IMG/VR virus record: IMGVR_UViG_3300036793_000151
Location: 1 to 40,722 of that record
Strand: one strand, 5' to 3'
Length of the DNA: 40,722 nucleotides
Source of the DNA: a virus
Lineage: Duplodnaviria; Caudoviricetes
Part shown: one piece after another, positions 16,332 through 25,592 of the stretch
Layout: the number at the start of each line of letters is the position of its first letter
Position numbering within the stretch: position 1 is the stretch's first letter
Position numbers and translations under genes: made by a program
The notes under the pieces: model-generated
The model's database searches: none
What the model saw: only the letters and a program-made list of their open reading frames with translations
Told to the model about the DNA's origin: nothing

Positions 16332-16491
16332 CGGTCGGCCGCGTTTCGGCTGCTCGAATGGCCAGGCTGATGCCGGGTGGCGGGACGTCTGTCAGCCCTT
16401 CGGCATAAAGCTTGGTCCAACCCCGGATCCAGAGCCACATTAAGACTGCGCCGGCGCCAGGCAGCGCCACAGCGACCACGAGAATTCTCAT
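16324..16491 (-). CDS. Small single-TM peptide (55 aa), not in the ORF track
   Basis: MRILVVAVALPGAGAVLMWLWIRGWTKLYAEG...; RBS GGAAAGGA; fills the gap and overlaps the next start. Confidence 0.55.
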   Translation of the reverse strand: MRILVVAVALPGAGAVLMWLWIRGWTKLYAEGLTDVPPPGISLAIRAAETRPTDG

Positions 16492-16492
16492 A

Positions 16493-17083
16493 TCAAACTT
16501 CCTTTCCGTGCATCAGGGTGCCCAGGCAAGACGTGAGGAGATTCGCCGGTGACACGAGCCCTTCGGGCCGGCCGTCGACGAATAGGTCAACCCCGGCGAT
16601 CGTGTAGAGGATCGCGACCAGCTGCGCGCATTCGGCGTGCTTACGGGAGGCGAGCACTTTGCGCATGAACCGTGTGGCGTGCCATTTGAACAGCCGCGCG
16701 AGGCCAATGCAGAAGCAGTTGATCCAACCGTAGGAGACACCCAACATGCCATTTGGGGCGCGATGGGTGGCCTTGTCGACGATGATCGCCCGTTGGGCAT
16801 CGGTAAGCGTGATCGGGACGCCGGCGGAGTTGTGCAGCCCGTCGGTGGACCACACCGCATCGGGGTAGAGCGACAAAGGCGCGAAGCCGGCGCCGCCCGG
16901 GCGCCCCTCGAACACGGCTGGCTCGCAGTCGTACACAGTTTGGCCGAACGTGAATGACCACTCACCGACGTATATGCCGGCGTGGTAGGCGGGCGAGCCG
17001 GTGGCCCATTCGATGCCGCGGGCGATGATCGACCGGCCGTGAGTGACGACGAAGAAGTCACCGAGCTGCGGGTTGCCCGTCAT
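16493..17083 (-). CDS. Permuted papain-like NlpC/P60 enzyme (YiiX/YebB-like)
   Basis: QLGDFFVV...YHAGIYVG (His first)...LGVSY...ECAQLVAILY (Cys second)...VSPANL; TAATG coupling at 17083. Confidence 0.85.
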   Translation of the reverse strand: MTGNPQLGDFFVVTHGRSIIARGIEWATGSPAYHAGIYVGEWSFTFGQTVYDCEPAVFEGRPGGAGFAPLSLYPDAVWSTDGLHNSAGVPITLTDAQRAIIVDKATHRAPNGMLGVSYGWINCFCIGLARLFKWHATRFMRKVLASRKHAECAQLVAILYTIAGVDLFVDGRPEGLVSPANLLTSCLGTLMHGKEV

Positions 17084-17625
17084 TACGCCGCCTTTGCTGC
17101 CATGACTTCGAGGATGTGGTCGTGGGCGATGTCGAGGACCGACCGTGCCCTCGCGCAGTGCATCGCATCGCGGACGACGGTGAGTTCGTTGTCCTGCAGC
17201 GTCTCGCCGCTGGTGCTCCAGTTCGTCGAGCCGCCGATCCACCAGAGGCCGTCGACGATGACCATCTTGCGGTGCACGATTGCGCCTTTCTCCGAGCGCC
17301 CGATCGCGACCGAGTTGCCGGTCATCTCGTGCTTGAACTTCTCGAGGATCGCCTTCTCGTGCACCCCGCCGGCCTGGCTCGAGTCGAGGGTGATCTGCAC
17401 ATGCATATTCGGGTTCAGCAGTGCGCTGTCCAGCATCGCCGCCAGCTTGTCGTCGTCGTAGCCGAACATCGACACGACGACCGAGTGCAGCGCGGAACCG
17501 ATGACCCTCTGGAGCACCAGCGGGACCTTGTCGATCGGCGCGTAGAACGACCGGACCACGTCCAGGCTGCCCACGGGCGGGGCAGCGACCAGGAACTCGT
17601 CCAGGTCGGCGATGCTGAGGGTCAT
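17083..17625 (-). CDS. Single-domain phospholipase D superfamily enzyme (Nuc/PLD6-like)
   Basis: HRKMVIVD-x6-GSTNWS...DNE HKD motif; real start MTLSIAD overlaps the holin stop (ATGA). Confidence 0.88.
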   Translation of the reverse strand: MTLSIADLDEFLVAAPPVGSLDVVRSFYAPIDKVPLVLQRVIGSALHSVVVSMFGYDDDKLAAMLDSALLNPNMHVQITLDSSQAGGVHEKAILEKFKHEMTGNSVAIGRSEKGAIVHRKMVIVDGLWWIGGSTNWSTSGETLQDNELTVVRDAMHCARARSVLDIAHDHILEVMAAKAA

Positions 17626-17930
17626 GCGCCAGCCGGCTTGTTGCGGTTGACGAGCGCGCTGATCGTGGGCAGGCCGGTAAGTGCCTGCGACACGAGCGAC
17701 TGCACGAGAGTCAACACAGCGGCCGCGCCTGCGCCGGCGGCCGCGACGATCGCCTTCGACCAGAGCGAGACGTCGGTGACGTGGCCGGTGGACAGCACGC
17801 CCGAGGCGGTGACCTGGGCGATGAACGCCGCGGCGCCGGCGCCCAGGCCGGCGACGACGACGCGGGTGACGATCTTGCCGGACTTGGTGGTGCTGAACTT
17901 CTGCAGCAGTGCTTTGAGCTTTGCGAACAT
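17622..17930 (-). CDS. Holin (2 TM)
   Basis: Two hydrophobic helices, basic N-terminus, directly after the endolysin; RBS GAAAGGCAGG. Confidence 0.75.
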   Translation of the reverse strand: MFAKLKALLQKFSTTKSGKIVTRVVVAGLGAGAAAFIAQVTASGVLSTGHVTDVSLWSKAIVAAAGAGAAAVLTLVQSLVSQALTGLPTISALVNRNKPAGA

Positions 17931-17945
17931 GGTGATTCCTGCCTT

Positions 17946-18938
17946 TCAGGCGGAGTGGAGGACGTTGCGCAGCGCCGTTTCGACGTCTGCTTCGGTGAGT
18001 ACGGCCTGGGCCTGCAACGCAGATACCAGATCCGGCAAGAGCGCCTTTGCCAATGCCGTGACATCGATGGGGGCAGGCGTGGCCGATGCTTTGACGGCCG
18101 CCGCGATCTGCGCCGCTGTCGGCAACGCAGCGACGATCTCGGCCGCAGTCGGCAGATCGTTGACCGCGCGGGCCGCGTTGGCGAGCCACTCGTAGCCGTG
18201 GTGCAGTGCTGGGTCTGCGGGGTTGGTTGATGCGAAGGCGTGATCCCAGAACACCTTGGCATCGGCGTCGGTCATGGCCATGTCGAGTCCTCCATAGGGC
18301 GAGTTGTCTGGCCACCACGCGTGCAGCGCAGCGACGTCGGTGATCACGTTGCGGTCGGTCGAATAGCTGGGGATGAAGTTGCCGACCTGCTGCCACATGC
18401 AGATATCCGGTGAGCTCGGGTTGAAACCGGGGAACGAGCTCGAGGCGGACAGCCAGCCCTTCTCGAGGATCGTGTGCTGCGCGCGCAGGTAGCTGATCAG
18501 TCCGCCCTGGCCGTAGCAGGAGATCCGGAACCGGCCGGCGTTGACGTCCTGGATGCCGAGGAACGCGTCGCGGACCTTGTGGTAATCGGTCGTGGCCACC
18601 GCGGTATCGACGGAGAACTGAAACCAGACCGATCCGTCGGCCGGGAAGCCGGCAGCGACCGCCGCGGCGATGCCTGCACGGCCCGCTGCCTGACCGGTGG
18701 GCCGATCGGAGATCAGTTCGTCGGGCTGCAGCTCGTAGCCCGGCCACGGTGCGATCCCGGCCGCGCGCTGTGCCTTGACGTGGTCGGCGCCCTGGGCGAA
18801 GTTGCCGACCACGTAGACGTTGGTGGCGATGCCGCCGTTCGCCTTGTACACGCTGCCCGGCGCCGGGAATGCAGCATCGAACGCGAACAGCACCGCGGCC
18901 GCTGTTACGTGCTCCTCAAGGGTACGGAGATCGCTCAC
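17946..18938 (-). CDS. Endolysin, GH25-like/DUF1906 glycoside hydrolase with helical C-terminal domain
   Basis: AFDAAFP...PGYE...FSVDT...CYGQ...W...WQ...TDRN TIM-barrel pattern; adjacent to the holin. Confidence 0.78.
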   Translation of the reverse strand: MSDLRTLEEHVTAAAVLFAFDAAFPAPGSVYKANGGIATNVYVVGNFAQGADHVKAQRAAGIAPWPGYELQPDELISDRPTGQAAGRAGIAAAVAAGFPADGSVWFQFSVDTAVATTDYHKVRDAFLGIQDVNAGRFRISCYGQGGLISYLRAQHTILEKGWLSASSSFPGFNPSSPDICMWQQVGNFIPSYSTDRNVITDVAALHAWWPDNSPYGGLDMAMTDADAKVFWDHAFASTNPADPALHHGYEWLANAARAVNDLPTAAEIVAALPTAAQIAAAVKASATPAPIDVTALAKALLPDLVSALQAQAVLTEADVETALRNVLHSA

Positions 18939-19132
18939 GACGGGCCTCTGATTCCGAACCGCCCGCGGTCCTCGTAGTAATAGGTTTCGTCATAGCCAGC
19001 AGGGGCTACGTCGAACTTGCCCTCGACGTGCGTGGTGGTCTCCGGCGCGGCGGTGTCGTCTTCGGTGTCGAGCACGTCGTCACCGGTGGCGATGAGCAGC
19101 GTGCGGTGCCGAGTCGTCAGCAGCAGCCGCAC
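18935..19132 (-). CDS. Small acidic hypothetical protein
   Basis: GTGA overlap with the endolysin start. Confidence 0.55.
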   Translation of the reverse strand: MRLLLTTRHRTLLIATGDDVLDTEDDTAAPETTTHVEGKFDVAPAGYDETYYYEDRGRFGIRGPS

Positions 19133-19147
19133 GAGGTCACTTGTCGA

Positions 19148-19486
19148 TCAACGCATGCTCGGCGGCAGATACGGCAACACCCGCGGATCCGGCGCCGGCA
19201 ACGTTCCGAGCTCGACGTCGCAGGACTGACGGGTGTAAGCGACGCGGGAGTCGGCGACGATCGAGAATGCGATCTTCGTCGAGGCCGCCGGCAACGGCAG
19301 ATCCGAAAGGTCGCGCCAGAACTGGCACGAGCCGTGCAGACCGAACTGCGCCTTGATCGCGTTGCTCTGCGCGGACAAGGCCAGCCCGAGCGCGCCGCAC
19401 AGCAGGGTTAGGAAGACGCAGAACGCGACGATCTTGAACACGCCGCGCTCGAGCGGCTCGAGCTTCTTAATTGGGTTAAGCGTCAT
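19148..19486 (-). CDS. Membrane protein (lysis-associated)
   Basis: One TM (IVAFCVFLTLLCGALGLAL) and an extracellular Cys pair. Confidence 0.7.
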   Translation of the reverse strand: MTLNPIKKLEPLERGVFKIVAFCVFLTLLCGALGLALSAQSNAIKAQFGLHGSCQFWRDLSDLPLPAASTKIAFSIVADSRVAYTRQSCDVELGTLPAPDPRVLPYLPPSMR

Positions 19487-19701
19487 TGTTGTTCACGCCT
19501 CCGCAGTTCTGTCTCGTACGCATCGGCGCGATCGCGCCAATAGTTGCGGTCCTCGGTCATTGCTTGCAGGGCGTCCCGCGAGGGACGCTCACGTGTCTCC
19601 CGGATGCCGGCCGTTACCTGCCGCCACAGCAGCCAAAGAGTTGCCAGCGAGATCAGGACGGTCACGACTGAGCCCAGCGCTACGAGGGTTGTAAGCGTCA
19701 T
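19483..19701 (-). CDS. Membrane protein with coiled coil (holin-like)
   Basis: N-terminal TM and charged coiled-coil C-terminus. Confidence 0.7.
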   Translation of the reverse strand: MTLTTLVALGSVVTVLISLATLWLLWRQVTAGIRETRERPSRDALQAMTEDRNYWRDRADAYETELRRREQQ

Positions 19702-19730
19702 AGGTCACGCATCCCATCTCCCTCGGTGCA

Positions 19731-20120
19731 TCAGCAACCCACCGCCAGCCAGAAGACGAATGACGTGCCCGTGGTGAGCTGAGTGCCGGCGGTGTTGTAG
19801 TTCTTCACGATGATTCCGACCTGGCTGCTGCCGGTGATGTCTGCACGGCCGCCGCCGTTGAGGGTCACGAACGGGGCGACGATGCCGTTGGGGAATGTGA
19901 CGGGAAAGTTGATCGTCGTGCCGCCGGCGGCGTTCGCGACTGACGCCGTGCCGGACTGCAATAGCAATGGCGTCGCGAATGAGCCAGAATCCTGCCCGCC
20001 GGTGCCGAACCATCGCGGGGCGTTGTTGACGTCGACGAGGTTGTCCCGGACGTGCGTGTTCATGATCGCCGCGGTGATCGTCTCGCCGGCGACCCACGTG
20101 CGGGGTGTAGTCCAGGCCAT
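19731..20120 (-). CDS. Minor tail / short tail-fibre protein
   Basis: MAWTTPRTWVAGETITAAIMNTHVRDNL N-terminus and QSG...INFPVTFPNG...FWLAVG C-terminal fibre-like domain. Confidence 0.8.
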   Translation of the reverse strand: MAWTTPRTWVAGETITAAIMNTHVRDNLVDVNNAPRWFGTGGQDSGSFATPLLLQSGTASVANAAGGTTINFPVTFPNGIVAPFVTLNGGGRADITGSSQVGIIVKNYNTAGTQLTTGTSFVFWLAVGC

Positions 20121-20536
20121 CAGCGGACTCCCATCGCACGGTTCTCAGCTCGGATAAGTGCGACGGTTTCGCCGGGCAGCCAGTTGCGATTGAAGGTCGG
20201 CCGGCTGGACAGAGCCCGCTCGATCGCGGCTCTGTTGCCGGGCCACTTGATCGGCCGCCAGCATCCCTCTAGCGCGCCGTTGCCGCAGCAGTGGCACATG
20301 AACCGCAGGTCGGTCGCGCACGCCAGCTGCGCGGCGTGACAGTCCGGGCATTCGGCGATCCAGCGGCCCTCGTTGGCGAACACCAGGATCGGCTTGACCT
20401 TGGCCAGCTTGGCCGCAGGCTGGAATGGGCGATCGGCTGTCCATAGGTCGAGCCGCGCGGGGCACCATTCCGCGCCGGCGGCCGGCGGGATGTGGCGCAC
20501 CGCCGGGTGATCGGCGTACCAGGCAGCGTCGCGCAT
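20120..20536 (-). CDS. Zn-binding tail-associated protein
   Basis: NEGRWIAECPDC...FMCHCC...RNWLPGETV; TGATG coupling on both sides. Confidence 0.7.
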   Translation of the reverse strand: MRDAAWYADHPAVRHIPPAAGAEWCPARLDLWTADRPFQPAAKLAKVKPILVFANEGRWIAECPDCHAAQLACATDLRFMCHCCGNGALEGCWRPIKWPGNRAAIERALSSRPTFNRNWLPGETVALIRAENRAMGVR

Positions 20537-22905
20537 CAGTAGGCCAATCTGGTCGTCGAGTCGAGCTGGCTGTGGGTTGCGGAGTCGAGCTGCCAGACGC
20601 CCGTCAGCCCGACCGGGGAGCAGTTCGCCATCCACTTCCAGCCGGTGTCGCTGATGGTTTCCGCCCAGCCCTCGATGAACATGTCGATCGAGGATGCCGG
20701 CGCGGTGCCGGGCAGGGCTTGCAGCGTGATCACACTGCCGACCTCGAGCGCCAGGACCGCCAACAGGAGGGCTGAGTTGGTGAGCAGGTCCAGGGTGAGG
20801 TTGGGCAAGCGGGCCACGACCTGGGCGGTCTGGTTCGCCTTCCAGTTCGCCGCGTCGATGAGCTCGACGTCGGTGTTGATCATCAGGGTCGGTGAGATGG
20901 CGGCGGTGCCGTTGTCGTCGATCGAGGGCTGGTTGATCGCGCGGAACGTGATGCCGCCCGGTCGGTTGGCCGTGACGTCGTTGATCAGATACGCGTCGTT
21001 GGCGGCGAACTTCGCATCGGCAGCGATGTCGTTCTCACCGAGGGTGAGAACGCTGACCGCGTTGTAGCGCCTCGACCGCGAGTGGAAGGTGAGCCGGCCG
21101 TCACCGGCCATGAACAGAACGCCGCCCTCGGTGGTCTCCATGTCCTGCATCGCCGCGAGCGGGGACTGGCTGCTGATGATCGCCGGCGACACCGACGTCG
21201 ACAGCCCGACATCCAGCGCCTGCTCGGCGGTGGGTATGCCCACGTAGCGGGCGTAACGCGCGACGCGTTGGTCTGACCGCTCGCCCGAGAACGCCGTGAA
21301 GCCGGCCTGGGCGTGCACAGCGATGCGCGTGGCGCCTAGGTCCTTGGCGTAGACGGCGACGTGGGAAATGGTGGCGTTGCAGACGCTGTGGCTCGAGCCG
21401 CCCACCGACAGTTTGTTGATGCCAGGTATGCCGCCGACCAGGCCCACGGTGTAGGTGCCCGTGACGTCCAGCGCACCGTTGATGTAGAGCGAAACGGTGA
21501 CCGTCGAGCCACTCTTGACCTGCGTGATCGCGACGTGGTGGGTGGCGCTATTGGCCAGGACGAACGTCGAGGTGATGATGACCGATCCGGCGGCAGCCGC
21601 GGCCTGCAGATGCCCGGTCGCCGTGATCGACAGCTCGAGGAACAGATCGCCCTGTGTCACCTCACCAACGAGCACGTCCGATGCCACGTTCGACGCGGTG
21701 GCCAGGAAGCACTCCATCGTGTTGGCCATATTGCCGAGGACGACGACGCCGGGGGTGACGTCCGCGAACAGGTATTGACCGCTGGCGGAGCTGACGGGCG
21801 TGAACACGACGGCCGGCGCCGAGTCCATCGGCGGCCCAGTGCCCTGCCCGAAGTTGATGCTGCCGCCCAGTAGGGCGCCGAGCGCTATCGGTGTGAGGGT
21901 GTTGGCGCCGTTGCCGCTGATGTCGCCGGCCATGGTCGAGGTCGACGGCTCACCCAGGGTGTAGTACGCGCTCGGCTGGTCGAGCAGGATTTCCTCGGCG
22001 ACCGCCGAGCGCAGCGGGTCGTTGTTGCCGAGCCGCTTGAACCGGTCGACAGACGTGATCGCGGCTTCGGAGTAGTCGCCGCCGTCGGGCCACTCGGTGG
22101 GGAACTCGTCGATGTAGCCGGTGTGCCGGTAGTAGATCGGCGGCGGGTTGGTGCTGAACGGCGCCGGTGTCGAGCCCTCCTCGAGCAGGTTGTCATCCAG
22201 CCAGCACTGCTGCCCAGCGCTCGGTGCGGTGTTTGGCTTGAGCTGCACGAACGCGGTCGGCGAGATCGCGACGAACGTGACGACGATCTGCGCCGGCGCG
22301 TTCTTGGTGGCCGTCGGCGTACCGGTCGCCAGTGTTATCGCGCCGCCTCCGTCGAGAACGCTGAGCAGGACGTCAGGCGAAGCAGTCGGCACCCACACCC
22401 AGCTGTAGGCGGTATACGTGCGGCCGACAACGAGACCCGTGAATCGCACGGGGTTGGCGAACTGGTTGGCCGCCGTCGCCCAGGTGATCAGCAGGCCCTT
22501 GGTACCCGAATGCGGGTGCGTGGCGGAGTTGGCGATCGACTGGAACGAGCCGGTCCACGTCCCGGTCGTGCCGCCCTCGAAGGTCGCATCCTCGGCCGAG
22601 TAGAAGTTGCCGGTGACGCCGCGCGGCCGGAAGGTCGTCCGCAGCTTCTTGCGGATCTTCACGTTCGGGTAGTAGGGCGACAGCGTGTAGCCGACGGTGT
22701 AGTTGCCCCTGGTGTTGTCCAGGGTCAGCTTGCACATGCCGGTCTGGGCCTTGGAGTATTCGTCGCCGCGACCGTGCGTGATGTTGATACCCGCCGGCGC
22801 GTTGACGTCGTCGCTGATGTCGATGAAAGCAGGGTTCGGGTCGTCGGGCTTGGTGGGGAACGCGATCTCCACCCGGATGTCGCCGAGGTCTGGGTCGAGC
22901 TTCAT
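20536..22905 (-). CDS. Minor tail protein with carbohydrate-binding and LamG/ConA-like insertions
   Basis: Follows the tape measure; ITHGRGDE...LTLDNTRGNY hub-like N-terminus; DATFEGGTTGTW...WLDD CBM-like module; HHVAIT...LYING...ISHVAVY LamG pattern. Confidence 0.85.
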   Translation of the reverse strand: MKLDPDLGDIRVEIAFPTKPDDPNPAFIDISDDVNAPAGINITHGRGDEYSKAQTGMCKLTLDNTRGNYTVGYTLSPYYPNVKIRKKLRTTFRPRGVTGNFYSAEDATFEGGTTGTWTGSFQSIANSATHPHSGTKGLLITWATAANQFANPVRFTGLVVGRTYTAYSWVWVPTASPDVLLSVLDGGGAITLATGTPTATKNAPAQIVVTFVAISPTAFVQLKPNTAPSAGQQCWLDDNLLEEGSTPAPFSTNPPPIYYRHTGYIDEFPTEWPDGGDYSEAAITSVDRFKRLGNNDPLRSAVAEEILLDQPSAYYTLGEPSTSTMAGDISGNGANTLTPIALGALLGGSINFGQGTGPPMDSAPAVVFTPVSSASGQYLFADVTPGVVVLGNMANTMECFLATASNVASDVLVGEVTQGDLFLELSITATGHLQAAAAAGSVIITSTFVLANSATHHVAITQVKSGSTVTVSLYINGALDVTGTYTVGLVGGIPGINKLSVGGSSHSVCNATISHVAVYAKDLGATRIAVHAQAGFTAFSGERSDQRVARYARYVGIPTAEQALDVGLSTSVSPAIISSQSPLAAMQDMETTEGGVLFMAGDGRLTFHSRSRRYNAVSVLTLGENDIAADAKFAANDAYLINDVTANRPGGITFRAINQPSIDDNGTAAISPTLMINTDVELIDAANWKANQTAQVVARLPNLTLDLLTNSALLLAVLALEVGSVITLQALPGTAPASSIDMFIEGWAETISDTGWKWMANCSPVGLTGVWQLDSATHSQLDSTTRLAY

Positions 22906-25424
22906 CCGTCGATCAGCTCGAGGCGGCCGCCCTGCTGGCGCTTGAGTGTCAGCAGGGACTTGTGCACGGTGTGCGCATCGAGCTGGTGGATGATCGTGAA
23001 GTGAGCGACATCGCCGCTCGTTGCGTTGCCACCAGAGCCCGAGCCGGCCCCGCCGCCAGCCAGCACGTGGTGCGCTTGCGGGCTGGAGATGACCTTGAGG
23101 TAAGCGCCGTGCTTCTCCATGATCTCGGTGCCCTCTTCGCCGACCGTGAACACGCCGTCGTCGGGCATGCCGCCCGCTGCGAACGCCGACCCCGCAGCCT
23201 TCTTGTTGGAGCTGGTCTGGACGTTCAGCTGCAGCATCGTCTGGTAGTAGTGCGGGATCGCGTTGATCGTCTTGTAGTAGTCCGCGATCTTGGATACCGC
23301 GTCGTAGTCATCGACCGTGACCTTCGTGCCCTTGAGCTGCGGAATCTTCTTGATGTTGCTGGCCAGGGTGGCGACCTGTGTGGCGCTGGCCCCGACGCCC
23401 TTGGTCATGTTGTCCGCCTGCGTCTTGGACAGCGACAGCTGGCCCTGCAACGTCGGGAGGCTGCGGGCCAGCGCGAGCGCCGCCGTGTTGGCGTTCTTCT
23501 GCGCGGTCGTGGCGTGACCGGTGGACGTAACCCACGAGTTGGTCGCCGAATCCCAGGTCCGGGTCGTCTTCGTCGCGTTGTCGTAGGCGGTGATGGCGGC
23601 GTTGACCCTTTGCCGCACGTCTTCAAGCGCAGCGCCGCCGGTCTGGAAGGCGTCGGTCAACTTCGTCTGCCCCACACCGAGCACCAGGGCGTCGTTGTAG
23701 GCGTCGGTGTCCGAGAGGTGCTTGGAGATAGCGGTGCGGGTGTTCGTCTTCATGGCGTCGCTGTCGGCCATGATGGCCGCCGTCAGATCCGCAACAGGCT
23801 GTATCTGATTCTTGGCCCCGTCACCGAACAGATGGAAGTGCTGCGCGGCCAGCAGCAGACCGCCGCCGATGACACCGACCGCGATGCCGATCGGGCCCAA
23901 CGACAGGCTCGAGGCGGCGCCGGCTTCCCGGGCCGCGCCCGTCTCTACCTCGGATGCGCTGACAGCGGCGGCCGCGGTCTCGCGGAAGGCGATCACCTGC
24001 GCGTCCTTGGATGCCGTGACCGATAGTGCGAGGTTGGTGGTCGAGGCCTCTGCCGCGTCGTCGGCGTCGATCGCGGTTTGCGACGCTGCCTGCGCGCCGG
24101 CGCCGACCAGGTCGAAGGCGGTCAACTGCTGGCCGGCCGAGTCCTGGACGTTCATGGCCAGGTTCGCAGTCGAGGCCGAGGCCTCGTCATCTGCGGTGAT
24201 CGCCGTCGCCGAGGCAGTCTCGGCCGCGGCCGCGGTAGCGCCGAGCGAGACCTCCTGATCGGTGGCCGAGGTCGCGGTCGCGGCTGCGGTCGCCCGCTCC
24301 TGATCAGCGACCGCCTGGGCCGCCTCCTTGACCTTCTCGGCGTGCCCCCGGTACAGGTCCAGGGCCATGCCCGCGGCCATCAGTACCGGGCCGGTCGCGG
24401 TCAGCGCCGGGCCGAACTTCTGCCCGAACTCCGCGGTCCAATCCGACAGTTTCGTGCGCGCGACCTTGAGCTTGCCGGCCCAGTTGTCGACCGAGGCCGA
24501 AGCCTGCCCATCGAGACGCTTGCCGAGCTGACCGAGGGCGACGTCGGCGTTCTGCGTCGCAGTCTTGGAACCGGCCTGCGCCACGGTGAGCTTCTCCGTC
24601 TTGGCCTTGAGGTTGTCCGACGCGACCGTGACGGCGTTGCGCGCGTCGCGCAGCTTCAGTTCGTCAGCGGTCGAGAGCTTCTTCTTGGTGCTGTCGATCG
24701 CCTCGAGGTCGGACAGCTTCTTCTGAGCCGTCGCCAGCGTGGTGATCGCGGCCTGGTGCTGGGTCTCGGCCGTCTTGAGAGCGGCGGCCTGCTTAGTGGT
24801 CGAGTCGAGCGTGATGCCGTACTGCTTGAGCACCTTGCCCGCGCCGCCGTAGACCTTCGCGACCTGGCCCGCGGCCTCGGTCAGCGACTCGTGCTTCTGC
24901 GCCGCCAGGTTGGCGACCACGGTCATGTCCTCGAGGGCCTTCTTCGGGTCCTGCGTGGCCAGCGTCAGAGCCGCGAGTGCGCCCTTGGTGTCGGCCGCGG
25001 AGTGACCGTAGTTCTCCTGAGATTTGACCGCTTCCTCGATCTTGCCCTTGTAGTCCGCGGCGGCGTTGCCGGTGTCGTCGATCGCCGTGGTGAGCTGATC
25101 CTGGGCCTGCTTCTCCTTGGCGCCACCGAGAGTGAGGGCAGCGCCGATACCGGTGAGCGCAGCACCTCCGGCGGCGAGCTTCTTGCCCATGTTCAGGCCG
25201 TGCTCGCCGGCGGCGTCGAAGCCCTCGCCGACCCTGTTCAGGATCTCGCCGAACTCGCCGCCGATCTGGCCGCCGATCTTGCCGAAGGCGCCCCCGATCT
25301 TGGCGCCGACGCTCTCGGCGTGTGCCGCGGACTTGCTGCCCGCAGAGTCCAGCTGCCCGAGCGCACGCTGCCCGCCGGAGGAGTCACCGGAGATGACGAC
25401 CTTGACCTCGCGCTTACCGGCCAC
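22902..25424 (-). CDS. Tape measure protein
   Basis: 840 aa, Ala/Gly-rich and helical; follows the chaperone pair; C-terminal FAAGG...VGEEGTE. Confidence 0.92.
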   Translation of the reverse strand: MAGKREVKVVISGDSSGGQRALGQLDSAGSKSAAHAESVGAKIGGAFGKIGGQIGGEFGEILNRVGEGFDAAGEHGLNMGKKLAAGGAALTGIGAALTLGGAKEKQAQDQLTTAIDDTGNAAADYKGKIEEAVKSQENYGHSAADTKGALAALTLATQDPKKALEDMTVVANLAAQKHESLTEAAGQVAKVYGGAGKVLKQYGITLDSTTKQAAALKTAETQHQAAITTLATAQKKLSDLEAIDSTKKKLSTADELKLRDARNAVTVASDNLKAKTEKLTVAQAGSKTATQNADVALGQLGKRLDGQASASVDNWAGKLKVARTKLSDWTAEFGQKFGPALTATGPVLMAAGMALDLYRGHAEKVKEAAQAVADQERATAAATATSATDQEVSLGATAAAAETASATAITADDEASASTANLAMNVQDSAGQQLTAFDLVGAGAQAASQTAIDADDAAEASTTNLALSVTASKDAQVIAFRETAAAAVSASEVETGAAREAGAASSLSLGPIGIAVGVIGGGLLLAAQHFHLFGDGAKNQIQPVADLTAAIMADSDAMKTNTRTAISKHLSDTDAYNDALVLGVGQTKLTDAFQTGGAALEDVRQRVNAAITAYDNATKTTRTWDSATNSWVTSTGHATTAQKNANTAALALARSLPTLQGQLSLSKTQADNMTKGVGASATQVATLASNIKKIPQLKGTKVTVDDYDAVSKIADYYKTINAIPHYYQTMLQLNVQTSSNKKAAGSAFAAGGMPDDGVFTVGEEGTEIMEKHGAYLKVISSPQAHHVLAGGGAGSGSGGNATSGDVAHFTIIHQLDAHTVHKSLLTLKRQQGGRLELIDG

Positions 25425-25427
25425 CGG

Positions 25428-25592
25428 TCACCTCCTCTGTCTCTGAGCGGCTTGCCTCTGAGCAGCACCGATCGCCGCTGCGGTGGTCAGGTACGTATCG
25501 AGCTCGCGGTACGTCAAACGGTCGATGTCCCACGGATGAAGACCGAAATGCATGGACAGGGCGGGCAGCGTTTTTAGCAGTTCCCGCCTCAT
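25428..25592 (-). CDS. Tail assembly chaperone, -1 frameshift extension (gpT-like)
   Basis: The -1 frame reads RELLKTLPALSMHFGLHPWDIDRLTYRELDTYL..., ending just before the tape measure; not in the ORF track. Confidence 0.8.
   Translation of the reverse strand: MRRELLKTLPALSMHFGLHPWDIDRLTYRELDTYLTTAAAIGAAQRQAAQRQRR

Noticed and set aside
17626-18747. 554-aa ORF suggesting a large PLD fusion
   Set aside because: The upstream part is an Arg-rich off-frame shadow of endolysin and holin; the real gene starts at 17625
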